A stretch of DNA of 64,000 nt from Thermoanaerobaculia bacterium. GTDB taxonomy: Bacteria > Acidobacteriota > Thermoanaerobaculia > Multivoradales > UBA5704. Shown here piece by piece: positions 48,640-58,145 of this stretch. A program made the position numbers and the translations under genes. Where the stretch lies: the NCBI GenBank assembly GCA_044226625.1, contig JBGAGQ010000001.1:64001-128000 (forward strand), read 5' to 3'. Under the pieces are notes generated by a model that saw nothing but the letters and a program-made list of their open reading frames with translations, was not told where the DNA came from and ran no database searches. The stretch's first letter is position 1, and the number at the start of each line of letters is the position of its first letter.

Positions 48640-50391
48640 ATGGAACGCCTCGACTTTCCGCATCAACGCGCCGAACGGCTGATCGCGGCCGGTCGCGTGG
48701 CCCTCTCGCTCGCGTCGCTGTTCGCGATCTGGTTCGATCCCACCGAGCCGGTCGAGCGCGCGCGGATCGCCTACGCGCTGCTCTTCCTCTACGTCGCCTA
48801 TTCCACCGCGATCGCGACGATCGTCTTTCGCGCCGACTCGACCTCGCCACTCCAGCGCGCCGTCACCCACGTCTTCGATTTCATCTATTTCTCGGTCTTT
48901 ATCTACTTCACCACCGGGCCCGCGAGCCCGTTCACCGCCTACTTCATCTTCTCGATGGTCTGCGCGACGTTGCGCTGGCGCTGGCGCGTGGCGCTCTGGA
49001 CCGCGGTGGCCGTCCTGTCGACCTACGCGGTGCTCGGCGTCGTTTTTTCCGAGGTGCTTCACGACCCGACGTTCCATGCCACGCGGTTCATCCTGCGCGG
49101 TACCTACCTCACCGCCATCGGCGCCCTGCTCGCCTATCTCGGCGCGCACGAGCAGCGCACGCGGCGCGAGATGGCCGCGCTCGCCGCCTGGCCGCACGCC
49201 GTGCCCAGCACGCTGTCCGAAACGTTGGTCGACCTGTTGACCCAGACGGCACGGACGTTCGAGGCGCCGCGGGCGGCGCTCGCCTGGTGCGAGCCGGAGG
49301 AGCCCTGGCTCTATCTCGCCCACTGGTCGGAGCGCGGGTTTTCGCTCGAACGGGAGCCTCCCGACCGCTTCGAGCCGCTGGTCGACGGGGCGCTCGCCGA
49401 ACGGAGCTTTCTCTGCGCCGAGCTGCACGGCCGGGATTCGTCCGTGCTCGCACGAACCGATCAGGGCTTCGAGCGCTTGCGCGCGCTCCCCCTGCACCCC
49501 GATCTCGCCGAGCGGTTCGCCTCGCGCTCGATCTTGAGCCTGCTGCTGCGCGGCGAGTGGTTCGAGGGGCGGCTGTTCGTGCTCGATCCGCCCGATCCGA
49601 GCTCCGACGAGCTGTCGCTCGGGATCGTGGTCGCCGAACGGGTGGGGGCGCGGCTCGATCACTTCTACCTCGCCGAGCGCCTGCGCCAGAGCGCCGCCAC
49701 CGAGGAGCGGATCCGTGTCGCCCGCGACCTGCACGACGGCGTGCTTCAGTCGTTCACCGGCATCGCGCTGCGGCTGGAGTCGATGCGGCGCCAGCTCGCC
49801 TCCGGCGCGCCCGGCGCCGAGGTGGCCGAAGGCGCGCTCTCGGCGTTGATGCGCCAGGTGGCGACCGACCAGCGCGACCTGCGGCTGTTCATCCGCGAGC
49901 TGGGACCGGGCGCGATCGCGGAGCGGGCGCCCGCCTTCGACCTGTCGACCCGGCTCGCGGACCTGGCAGAGCGGCTGGCGCTCGAATGGGGCGTGGCGAT
50001 CGAGCTCGAAACGACCGCAGCGGTCGAGACCGTAGAGACCAACGCGGACCTCGAGCCCGCTTCCCCGCCGAGCCTGGCGCCGGAGATCGCGCGTGAGGTC
50101 TACCTGCTCGCGCGGGAGGCGCTGATCAACGCCCTGCGCCACGGCGAGGCCTCGGCGATACGGCTGCGGGTCGACGCGCGCGACCGCGGCTCGATCTCCG
50201 TGACCGTGGTCGACAACGGCCGCGGCTTCCCGTTCGAAGGGCGCTTCTCCGGACCGGAGCTCGCGGCACGCGACCTCGGGCCGCGCTCCTTGCGCGAACG
50301 GATCGCCGCCCTCGCCGGAACCTTGGAGCTCGAGTCGAGCCCGCGCGGTAGCGTGGTCGACATGCGGTTGCCGCGAAAGGACGCCGCCTAA
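48640..50391 (+). CDS. membrane sensor histidine kinase (HisKA_3, NarX-like)
   Basis: N-terminal TMs; RIRVARDLHDG; EALINALRH; DNGRGF. Confidence 0.92.
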   Translation: MERLDFPHQRAERLIAAGRVALSLASLFAIWFDPTEPVERARIAYALLFLYVAYSTAIATIVFRADSTSPLQRAVTHVFDFIYFSVFIYFTTGPASPFTAYFIFSMVCATLRWRWRVALWTAVAVLSTYAVLGVVFSEVLHDPTFHATRFILRGTYLTAIGALLAYLGAHEQRTRREMAALAAWPHAVPSTLSETLVDLLTQTARTFEAPRAALAWCEPEEPWLYLAHWSERGFSLEREPPDRFEPLVDGALAERSFLCAELHGRDSSVLARTDQGFERLRALPLHPDLAERFASRSILSLLLRGEWFEGRLFVLDPPDPSSDELSLGIVVAERVGARLDHFYLAERLRQSAATEERIRVARDLHDGVLQSFTGIALRLESMRRQLASGAPGAEVAEGALSALMRQVATDQRDLRLFIRELGPGAIAERAPAFDLSTRLADLAERLALEWGVAIELETTAAVETVETNADLEPASPPSLAPEIAREVYLLAREALINALRHGEASAIRLRVDARDRGSISVTVVDNGRGFPFEGRFSGPELAARDLGPRSLRERIAALAGTLELESSPRGSVVDMRLPRKDAA

Positions 50392-50394
50392 GCC

Positions 50395-51030
50395 ATGCCG
50401 ATCCGTATCGCGATCGTCGATGACCACCCGATCGTCCTCGATGGGCTCGCCCAGCTGTTCCAGCTGGAACCCGACCTCGAGATCGTCCACCGCTGCAGCG
50501 GCGGCGAACAGGTGCTCGATGCCCTGCGCGAGCAGGAGGTCGACGTGCTGCTCCTCGATCTCAAGCTCCCCGGCATGGACGGCCTCGCGGTGCTCGGTGC
50601 GGTCCGCGCCGCGGGTCTGACCGCCAAGGTCCTGCTGCTTACGGCGGCGATCGCCGACGACCAGCTCGCCCACGCCTTCCATCTCGGCGTCTCCGGCGTC
50701 GTGCTCAAGGAGGTGGCGCCGCGAGTGCTGATCCAGGCGGTGCGGACGGTCCAGGCGGGGGGCCTGTGGCTCGACGAGGGGTTCGGCGGGACGATCGACC
50801 AACTGCTCAAGAAGAGCTCCGCGGCGCGCGAAGCGAGCCAACTGCTCACCAAGCGCGAGCTCGAGATCGTCCGGATGGCCGCTAGCGGCCTGCGCAACCG
50901 CGCGATCGGCGAGCGGCTGTTCATCAGCGAGGCGACGGTGAAGATCCACCTCCACAACATCTACCAGAAGCTCAAGCTGAACGGCCGCCTCGACCTCGCC
51001 GCCTTCGCCCACCGGAGCGGCCTGGTCTGA
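50395..51030 (+). CDS. NarL/LuxR-family response regulator
   Basis: VDDH, LLDLKLP, LTKRE..TVKIHL. Confidence 0.95.
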   Translation: MPIRIAIVDDHPIVLDGLAQLFQLEPDLEIVHRCSGGEQVLDALREQEVDVLLLDLKLPGMDGLAVLGAVRAAGLTAKVLLLTAAIADDQLAHAFHLGVSGVVLKEVAPRVLIQAVRTVQAGGLWLDEGFGGTIDQLLKKSSAAREASQLLTKRELEIVRMAASGLRNRAIGERLFISEATVKIHLHNIYQKLKLNGRLDLAAFAHRSGLV

Positions 51031-51079
51031 GCGGAGCGCCCTGCGAGCGACGCCGGGCACGCTTCGATAAACTCATCGA

Positions 51080-52552
51080 ATGATCCCGAGCCCCGAAGCC
51101 ACCGCCGCGCGTCTCTTCCCGACCCAGCTATCGAGCTATCCCCCGGCGTCGCCCGACGGCCTGTTCGCGACGCTCGCCGACCGGGTCCGCTTCGATCCGT
51201 GGAACGGCGTGGCGACGCTGATCTTCGCGCTCGCGATCCTTCACACCTTCGCCGCGGCCCGCTTCACGAAGCTCGCGCATTCGGTCCAGCACAGGCACGA
51301 CGAGCGGGCCCATCGCGAGAAGCGGCCGGCGCGGCCGAGCGTGCTCGCCGAGCTTCTCCACTTCCTCGGTGAGGTGGAGGTGGTGTTCGGGCTCTGGGCG
51401 GTCGTGCTATTCGGAACGCTCACCCTCTACGACGGCTGGGACGTCGCTTCGGGCTATCTCGACCACACGGTGAACTTCACCGAGCCGCTGTTCGTGATCG
51501 TGATCATGGCGCTCGCCTCGACGCGGCCGATCGTCGGCCTCGCCGAAAGCTCGCTCCGGCGGGTGGCGCGGCTCGGCAACGGGACGCCGCTCGCCTGGTG
51601 GTTTTCGATCCTCACGCTCGGGCCGCTGCTCGGCTCGCTGATCACTGAGCCCGCTGCGATGACCATCTGCGCTCTCCTGCTCGCCCGGCAGTTCTACGAT
51701 CTCGAGCCTTCGACCCGTCTGCGCTACGCGACGCTCGGCCTGCTGTTCGTCAACGTCTCGATCGGCGGCACGCTCACCCACTTCGCGGCGCCGCCGATCC
51801 TCATGGTGGCGCGCCCCTGGGGTTGGGGGTCTGCGTTCCTGTTCGAGCACCTGGGATGGCGGGCGGTGATCGGGGTCTTTGCAGCGACGAGCCTCTACGC
51901 CCTCGCTTTCCGCCGTGAGCTGCTCGCGCTCGCCCGGCGGCCGGCGGTGCCGGACCGGGAGATCCCCGAGCCCTCCGACGACCCCGCGGAGGCGGCGACC
52001 GAGCCGGTCCGAGACCTCCTGCCGGTGCCCGCCTGGATCACGGGGGTGCACGTCGCGTTCATGGCCTGGACGGTCGTCAACGCTCACCATCCGGTGCTGT
52101 TCCTCGGCGCGTTCCTGTTCTTCCTCGGCTTCGTTCGCGCCACCGCGCACTACCAGTCGGTGGTCGACCTCAAGGGTCCTCTGCTGGTTGGTTTCTTCTT
52201 GGGCGGGCTGGTGATCCACGGCGGTTTGCAAGGTTGGTGGATCGCGCCGGTGCTCGCGCACCTCGGGGAACAATCGCTCTTCTTCGGCGCGGCGATCCTC
52301 ACCGCGTTCAACGACAACGCGCTGATCACCTACCTCTCGACTCTCGTTCCCGACCTGCCGCGAGCGCTGCAGATCGCGGTGGTCCAGGGCGCCGTCACCG
52401 GCGGCGGCTTGACGGTGATCGCGAACGCCCCGAACCCCGCCGGCCAGGCGCTGCTCGGCCGCTTCTTCGGCGACGGGATCTCGCCGCTCAAGCTGTTCCT
52501 GGCGGCGCTCCTGCCGACGATCGTCGCGACGCTCGCGTTCCGATTGTTCTAG
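51080..52552 (+). CDS. putative Na+/H+ antiporter (DUF1504-type)
   Basis: HFLGEVEVVFG, ITEPAAMT, DNALITYL, IANAPNPAG. Confidence 0.8.
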   Translation: MIPSPEATAARLFPTQLSSYPPASPDGLFATLADRVRFDPWNGVATLIFALAILHTFAAARFTKLAHSVQHRHDERAHREKRPARPSVLAELLHFLGEVEVVFGLWAVVLFGTLTLYDGWDVASGYLDHTVNFTEPLFVIVIMALASTRPIVGLAESSLRRVARLGNGTPLAWWFSILTLGPLLGSLITEPAAMTICALLLARQFYDLEPSTRLRYATLGLLFVNVSIGGTLTHFAAPPILMVARPWGWGSAFLFEHLGWRAVIGVFAATSLYALAFRRELLALARRPAVPDREIPEPSDDPAEAATEPVRDLLPVPAWITGVHVAFMAWTVVNAHHPVLFLGAFLFFLGFVRATAHYQSVVDLKGPLLVGFFLGGLVIHGGLQGWWIAPVLAHLGEQSLFFGAAILTAFNDNALITYLSTLVPDLPRALQIAVVQGAVTGGGLTVIANAPNPAGQALLGRFFGDGISPLKLFLAALLPTIVATLAFRLF

Positions 52553-52577
52553 AGGGCCCGAGGGGAGGCACGAGCCG

Positions 52578-54160
52578 ATGACCGACGAGGCGCCGCAGCC
52601 CGAGGTCGAAACCGCGGCGGAGCTCGGCATCACTCCGCAGGACGTCTCGGGCGAGATCCGCGACTTCGTCAAGCGCCAGGAGCGACGCCGGCGGCTGGTG
52701 CCGCGCGCGGCGCTGGTGGGGCTCGCGGCCGGGGGGCTCGCGATCGCCTTCCGGTTGGCGGCGTGGGGGCCTGGGGCTACGCGCTGCCGCCGCTCGCCTT
52801 GGCGGGCGCCGCCGGGCTGTCGCTGTTCCTGGTCCAGCGTTTCGCGCCCGAAGCCGCCGGGAGCGGCATCCCTCACTTGAAGGCGGTGCTCCACCGCCTT
52901 CGCGGCCTGCGCTCGAAGCGTGTGGTCCCGGTCAAGTTCGCGAGCGGTCTGCTGTCGATCGGCGCCGGCCTGGCGCTCGGCCGCGAGGGCCCCACGGTGC
53001 AGATGGGAGGCGCCTCCGGCCATCTGCTCGGCGGCTGGCTCGGCGTCACGGCGCGCGAGCGCCAGGTGCTGATCGCGGCCGGTGCGGGCGCGGGGCTCGC
53101 CGCGGCGTTCAACGCGCCGCTCGCCGGGGTGATCTTCGTGCTCGAGGAGCTACAAGGCGATTTCGCCCCCGGCGTGCTCACCTCGTCGTTCGTCGCCTCG
53201 CTCACCGCCGACCTGGTCTCGCGCCTGGCGCTCGGCCAGCTGCCGGTGTTCCACCTCGCCTCGGCGCCGCTGCCGCCGCTCGGCAGCCTCCCCGCCTTTC
53301 TCCTGCTCGGCGCTCTTGCAGGGCTGCTCGGCGTCGTCTTCAACCGCTCGCTGCTCGCCGGCCTGCGGGGGTTCTCGCTGCTGTCGCGCTGGCCGATCGG
53401 CCTGCCGGCGGCGATCGTGGGCCTGCTGATCGGCATCGCCGGCTGGTTCCTCCCCGGAGCGCTCGGCGGCGGCACGCCGTTGCTCGCCGAAACGTTCGCC
53501 GGGCACCTTACGCTCGCGCCGCTCCTCGGCCTGCTCGCGCTGCGCTTCGCGATGACCATTCTCTCGTACGGCACCGGCGTCGCGGGAGGGATCTTCGCTC
53601 CGCTGCTCGTGCTCGGCGCGCTGCTCGGCCAGGCGGTGGGGCTCGGCACCGGGAGGCTCGCCGGAGGCTTTTCGCCCGCGCCGGGCTCGGCCTCGGCGTT
53701 TCCCGTGGTGGGCATGGCCGCGCTGTTCGCCGCGATCGTGCGCGCGCCGCTCACCGCGATCGTGTTGATCCTGGAGATGACCGCGGGCTATTCGCTCATG
53801 CTGCCGCTGCTCGCCGCGACGTTCATCGCCTATGGCCTCGCCGACCTGCTCGGCGACCGGCCGATCTATCAAGCGCTGCTCGAGCGCGACACGCTACGCG
53901 GCCAGGACGCCCCCGAGCTCGCCGGAACGCTCCTGATCGAGCGGACGATCCAAACCGGCGCGCCGTTCGACGGCATCAAGGTCGCCGACCTCAACCTACC
54001 GCCGGGATGCCTGGTGATCACCGTCGAGCGCCACGGCAAGAGCGTCGTACCCGACCGCGACACCCTGCTCGAAGCGGGCGACCGATTGACCGCCGTAGTC
54101 GCCCCCCGCGCCGCCGACGGCCTGAGGTTGATCACCGAGGGGACGTCGCCGCACGGGTGA
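52578..54160 (+). pseudogene. clcA: ClC H+/Cl- exchanger with TrkA-C domain, frame disrupted near 52765
   Basis: GSGIP, GREGP, FNAPL, GGIFAP, PIY; the N-terminal ~62 aa lie in a different frame (52578) from the body (52763). Confidence 0.8.
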
Positions 54161-54199
54161 ATTGGCAAGCGGCGGATTTCGCACGATCGCGGCGAAGCT

Positions 54200-54208
54200 T
54201 GTTAGACT
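54200..54208 (+). promoter_or_regulatory. extended -10 element, probably leaderless TA transcript
   Basis: TGtTAGACT ending 6 nt before ATG 54215; no RBS. Confidence 0.4.
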
Positions 54209-54214
54209 TTCGGT

Positions 54215-54424
54215 ATGCGAGCCACGGTCACCGCTGAAGTCGACGAAAAGGGGAACCTCCATCCCGACGAGCCTCTCGCCATCTCGGCTGGGGCGAAGGT
54301 ACTGATCACCGTGGTCGAATCTGGGCCGAGTGAAACGGCACTCTTGAGCGAAGCCGCTCTGGCAGAGGATTGGAACCGACCCGAGGAAGACGCCGCATGG
54401 TCACACTTGGCCCTGGAGACGTAG
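54215..54424 (+). CDS. putative antitoxin
   Basis: C-terminal LLSEAALAEDWNRPEEDAAWSHL typical of MazF-associated antitoxins; overlaps the toxin gene. Confidence 0.8.
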   Translation: MRATVTAEVDEKGNLHPDEPLAISAGAKVLITVVESGPSETALLSEAALAEDWNRPEEDAAWSHLALET

Positions 54425-54738
54425 TCCTCGTACGATTTCCGTTCTCCGATCTCTCCGCGACGAAGGTTCGACCCGCCGTCGTTCTCGCATGGGTCGGGAG
54501 GTCCGACTGGATCCTCTGTCAAGTGACGAGCAACCCATATGGCGACCCGCATTTCATTCTCGTAAACAATGCCTCTTTCGCCCGCGGCGGGCTGGATCGA
54601 GACAGCTTCGCGCGAGCCGGCAAATTGTTCACCGCGGACGCCGGGATCGTGCTTCGTGCCGTCGGCTCTCTCCTGCCTCAGGCGCACCGGCTCGTGGTTC
54701 AATCGGCGGTCCGCATTCTTTCGACGGACGTCCGATAG
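54397..54738 (+). CDS. PemK/MazF family toxin
   Basis: GDVVLVRFPFSDLSATKVRPAVV, CQVTS. Confidence 0.9.
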   Translation: MVTLGPGDVVLVRFPFSDLSATKVRPAVVLAWVGRSDWILCQVTSNPYGDPHFILVNNASFARGGLDRDSFARAGKLFTADAGIVLRAVGSLLPQAHRLVVQSAVRILSTDVR

Positions 54739-54808
54739 CTCGAATCGACCCTGCCCCTGATCGCCGTCGGGACGCCACCCGCGACGAAAGGCCATCGCCC
54801 TGGGGCCC

Positions 54809-56560
54809 TCAGCGCCCCGTTCGCCGCAAACGCCGCAGCAGACGCCGGGCGCGGAGGCGCGAGACGACGTAGGCGAGGGCGAAGAAGCCGCCGAGCGCGA
54901 ACAACCAAGGGGCGAGCTTCGGCGCGCCGGCCTGACCGGCGATCCAGGCCGCGATCGAGGAGACGATGGCCGAAACCGCGTAGGTCCGCTGCTGCCCGGC
55001 GGCATAGAGCAGCTCGACGCCGTCCGCGAAGCCGCGAATGCCCACCTGGAGCTCGCCGCGGTTCGCTTTCGCGAGCAGGCTCCGCAGCTCGGCCGGCACG
55101 CTGAGGAGCGAGGCGACGATCTCTCGACCGAATGTCTTGGCGAGGCCCACCCAGTCGCGGCCCGGGCCGAGCAGCAGCTCTTCGACGTAAGGGCGGACGA
55201 TCGCGACGGGCTTCAAGTCGGGGGCGAGGTCGTTGGCGAGGCCGACGAGCAGCAGCAGCGTGCGCTGGAGCAGGATCCACTCGCGCGGCACCGAAAACAC
55301 CGCGGTGAGGTCGCGGAGCGACAGGTCGAGCTTCGAAAGATCGGCCATCATTTCGGCCTTCATCCGCACGTTGACCTCCAGCTCTTCGAGCCGGAACGAG
55401 TCGAAGTCGAGCCCGGCGAGCAGGCGGCCGTAGAGGTAGTCGATCGCCCGACCGGCGACGTCGTCGTCCGGGTCGCGGCGGACGAAGCCCATTTGCTCGA
55501 GCGCGCCGACGATCTCGTCGCGGTCGCGGCGGAGCACCGCGCCGAGCAGGCGCGAAACCCCCGTTCTCATCCGCGGCGACAGCCGCGCCACCGCGCCGAA
55601 GTCGACGAGGCCAATCCGTCCATTGGGCAGGACCAGGAGGTTCCCCGGGTGCGGATCGGCATGGTAGAGGCCGTCGCGGAACACCATCCGGCACCAGAGG
55701 TCGAGCACGGTCTCGGCGACCGCCGCCGGATCGTGCCCGGCGGCGACGAGCGCCGCGCGGTCGCTCACCTTGACGCCGTCCAAGTATTCCGTCGTGAGCA
55801 CGCGGCGCGACGAGCGGGCCCGGACGACCGCCGGAATCGCCACCCGCGGGCTCGCGGCCCCCGATTCCGTCGCGTCTGCGCGGGCGAAATTCGCGGCGAT
55901 CTCTTCGAGCGATCGCGCCTCGCGCGAGAAATCGAGCTCCTCCTCGATCGTCTCGCGCACCTGCTCGGCGAGGTCGACGAGGCCGCGGATGCGCAGCAGC
56001 GCCTGGACCAGCCGGAGGATGCGCGAGAGCGCCGCGAGGTCGCGGCGGGCGGTCGCCTCGATCGCGTGGTGCTGGACTTTGACCGCGACGCGTAGCGGGC
56101 CGCGCTCGAGGTCGTCGAAGGTCGCGACGTGAACCTGCGCGAGGGAGGCGCTCGCGACGGGCGTCCGATCGAAGCTCGAAAACAGCTCGTCCGGGCCGGC
56201 GCCGAGCTCGGATTGGAGGCGCGCCTCGATCTCCGAGAACGGCCGCGCCGGGACGCGGTCCTGGAGCGCCTCCAAATCGGCGCGAAAATCCGCCGGCAGG
56301 AAGTTGCTGAGGACGCTCACCAGTTGGCCGACCTTGATGAACAGCCCCTGGACCTCGAGGATCGTCGTCCTGATCCGCCGTGCGCTCCGTCGATGGCAGG
56401 CGACCCTCAGCTCGGCGCGGCGGCGCTCGCCGACGAAGCGGCCGAGCGCGAAGACGCGGCCGTAGCCCAGCAGGACCCGCGCCACGGTCGCATAGACCCG
56501 GAGCCGGCGAAAACGGACGGGGGCGACGGCAGGCTCGGGCGCGGCGGGAAGTCCGGTCAT
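54809..56560 (-). CDS. ABC1/UbiB/AarF atypical kinase
   Basis: FIKVGQ, ASASLAQVH, VAVKVQ, HADPHPGN, DFG. Confidence 0.93.
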   Translation of the reverse strand: MTGLPAAPEPAVAPVRFRRLRVYATVARVLLGYGRVFALGRFVGERRRAELRVACHRRSARRIRTTILEVQGLFIKVGQLVSVLSNFLPADFRADLEALQDRVPARPFSEIEARLQSELGAGPDELFSSFDRTPVASASLAQVHVATFDDLERGPLRVAVKVQHHAIEATARRDLAALSRILRLVQALLRIRGLVDLAEQVRETIEEELDFSREARSLEEIAANFARADATESGAASPRVAIPAVVRARSSRRVLTTEYLDGVKVSDRAALVAAGHDPAAVAETVLDLWCRMVFRDGLYHADPHPGNLLVLPNGRIGLVDFGAVARLSPRMRTGVSRLLGAVLRRDRDEIVGALEQMGFVRRDPDDDVAGRAIDYLYGRLLAGLDFDSFRLEELEVNVRMKAEMMADLSKLDLSLRDLTAVFSVPREWILLQRTLLLLVGLANDLAPDLKPVAIVRPYVEELLLGPGRDWVGLAKTFGREIVASLLSVPAELRSLLAKANRGELQVGIRGFADGVELLYAAGQQRTYAVSAIVSSIAAWIAGQAGAPKLAPWLFALGGFFALAYVVSRLRARRLLRRLRRTGR

Positions 56561-56690
56561 TGCGGCTGGGAGGGAGGTTCTTCCGCGATGTTACGACACT
56601 CGTTCTTCCGCGCGGGAAAGGGGGGAACGTTGAAAGCGGGCCGCCGCGACCCGGCTCCGAGCCGCGGCGACCCCGAGAGGCCTTCGAGTC

Positions 56691-56870
56691 CTACGGGATG
56701 CGCAACCGGCAATCGGGCGCGCAGGTGAAAACCGTGATGGTCTGGCAGATGATGGCGCAGGTGTTCGCGGTACAGACCGAGGTCACGGGAACCCCGTCGC
56801 CGCCCGTGGCGGATTCGAGGTTCAGCACGGTCTCGCGGCGAAGGTTGAGCTTGCGGTTCTGCTTCTTCAT
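56691..56870 (-). CDS. RiPP precursor, class I lanthipeptide-like, 59 aa (not in ORF track)
   Basis: AAAGGA RBS; MKKQNRKLNLRRETVLNLESATGG-DGVPVTSVCTANTCAIICQTITVFTCAPDCRLRIP*. Confidence 0.85.
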   Translation of the reverse strand: MKKQNRKLNLRRETVLNLESATGGDGVPVTSVCTANTCAIICQTITVFTCAPDCRLRIP

Positions 56871-57045
56871 GATCGTTTCCTTTGAAGGTCCTCACGAACC
56901 GGATGTCCGACGAGGCAAGGCGCTTCGTGTGCGCCGTCGGGTAGGGGAACGATCCGAGACGTTCGATTCCCTCACCTCGATCGAAAAGGAAATTCGCGGG
57001 CGCGCTCGCCTTGCCCCGCTCGACCGAGTCGGGTAAGGTGACTTC

Positions 57046-57471
57046 ATGACCGTGGCGGACGCGTCCTTCCCCCCGCTCGATCTGGACTCCTTCCTGCGTG
57101 ATTACGTCTGGAGCTACGAGGAGCTCAAGGCCGTCATCTGCCTCGGCACTCGGCGTGATGTCTGGTGGTCGATCGCGGCAGTCGCGAGCGACTGTAAGGT
57201 CGACGTCGACGCGGTCGTCTTCGCTCTGAATCGGCTATCCCAACTGGGCCTGTTCGCCGTGCGCGGCGCTCCCGAAGCCCTCGAGTTCAGCCTGCACGAG
57301 AATTTCCACACCCGGGCCGAGTTCTTCGATCAGCTTGCCGTAGAGTACCGGGAAGACCCTCTCCGTCTGATCGAGCTCATGACGAGGAACTCCTTCGATC
57401 GCGTCCGCACCTCGGCGCTGAAGACTTTCGCCGACTGTTTCCGCATCCGCAAGCCGAAAGAGGACCAGTGA
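57046..57471 (+). CDS. hypothetical winged-helix-like protein
   Basis: FLRDYVWSYEEL...ALKTFADCFR; translationally coupled to the next two genes. Confidence 0.7.
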   Translation: MTVADASFPPLDLDSFLRDYVWSYEELKAVICLGTRRDVWWSIAAVASDCKVDVDAVVFALNRLSQLGLFAVRGAPEALEFSLHENFHTRAEFFDQLAVEYREDPLRLIELMTRNSFDRVRTSALKTFADCFRIRKPKEDQ

Positions 57472-57731
57472 CGATGGCCCACGCGGTCTACCTCCTCTGC
57501 GCGCTCGCGAGCGTCTTCTGCGCCGGGCTCCTCACCCACAGCTATCGGCGGACACGCATCCGCCTCGCTCTCTGGACCAGCCTCTGCTTCGTCGGCCTCG
57601 CGATCAACAACCTGCTTCTGTTCGTCGACCTGGTCGTGGTGCCGGACATGAGCTTCGGCCTCTGGCGCTCGCTGTCCGCCCTCGTCGCGGTCTCGATTCT
57701 CCTGTTCGGCATGATCTGGGAGGAGCGATGA
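57468..57731 (+). CDS. DUF5985-like small membrane protein
   Basis: AVYLLCALAS..RLALWTSLCFVGL..LFVDL. Confidence 0.75.
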   Translation: MTMAHAVYLLCALASVFCAGLLTHSYRRTRIRLALWTSLCFVGLAINNLLLFVDLVVVPDMSFGLWRSLSALVAVSILLFGMIWEER

Positions 57732-57991
57732 CCCAGTTCCTCTCGGGCGCCTCGGCGGCGGTCTGCCTGTTCATCAGCATCTTCTTCCTCCGCTATTGGT
57801 GCACCAGCCGCGACCGCCTGTTCCTGACCTTCGCCGTCGCGTTCGGGATCTTCGGCTTGCACTGGGCGATCCTCGGCCTGGCGGACGTGCCGAACGAGTC
57901 CCGGCACTATTACTACCTGCTGCGCCTCCTCGGCTTCCTGTTGATCCTGGGGGCCGTGATCGACAAGAACCGGTCTCCCGACAAGTCCTGA
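57728..57991 (+). CDS. DUF5985-like small membrane protein
   Basis: FLSG..FFLRYW..RDRLF..RLLGF..IDKNR. Confidence 0.75.
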   Translation: MTQFLSGASAAVCLFISIFFLRYWCTSRDRLFLTFAVAFGIFGLHWAILGLADVPNESRHYYYLLRLLGFLLILGAVIDKNRSPDKS

Positions 57992-58145
57992 GTCCGCCGC
58001 CGCGAAACCCCGAGCCGGTCTCGCCGTACCAAGGGAGTCGAACGCTCGCACCTTCTGAACGACCGGAGGCGGCCCCGTCCCCCGTCCCCGCTCGCGCCGA
58101 CGATTCGGCTATCGTTCCACCGCTCCGGCATCTCGGGAGATCGAC

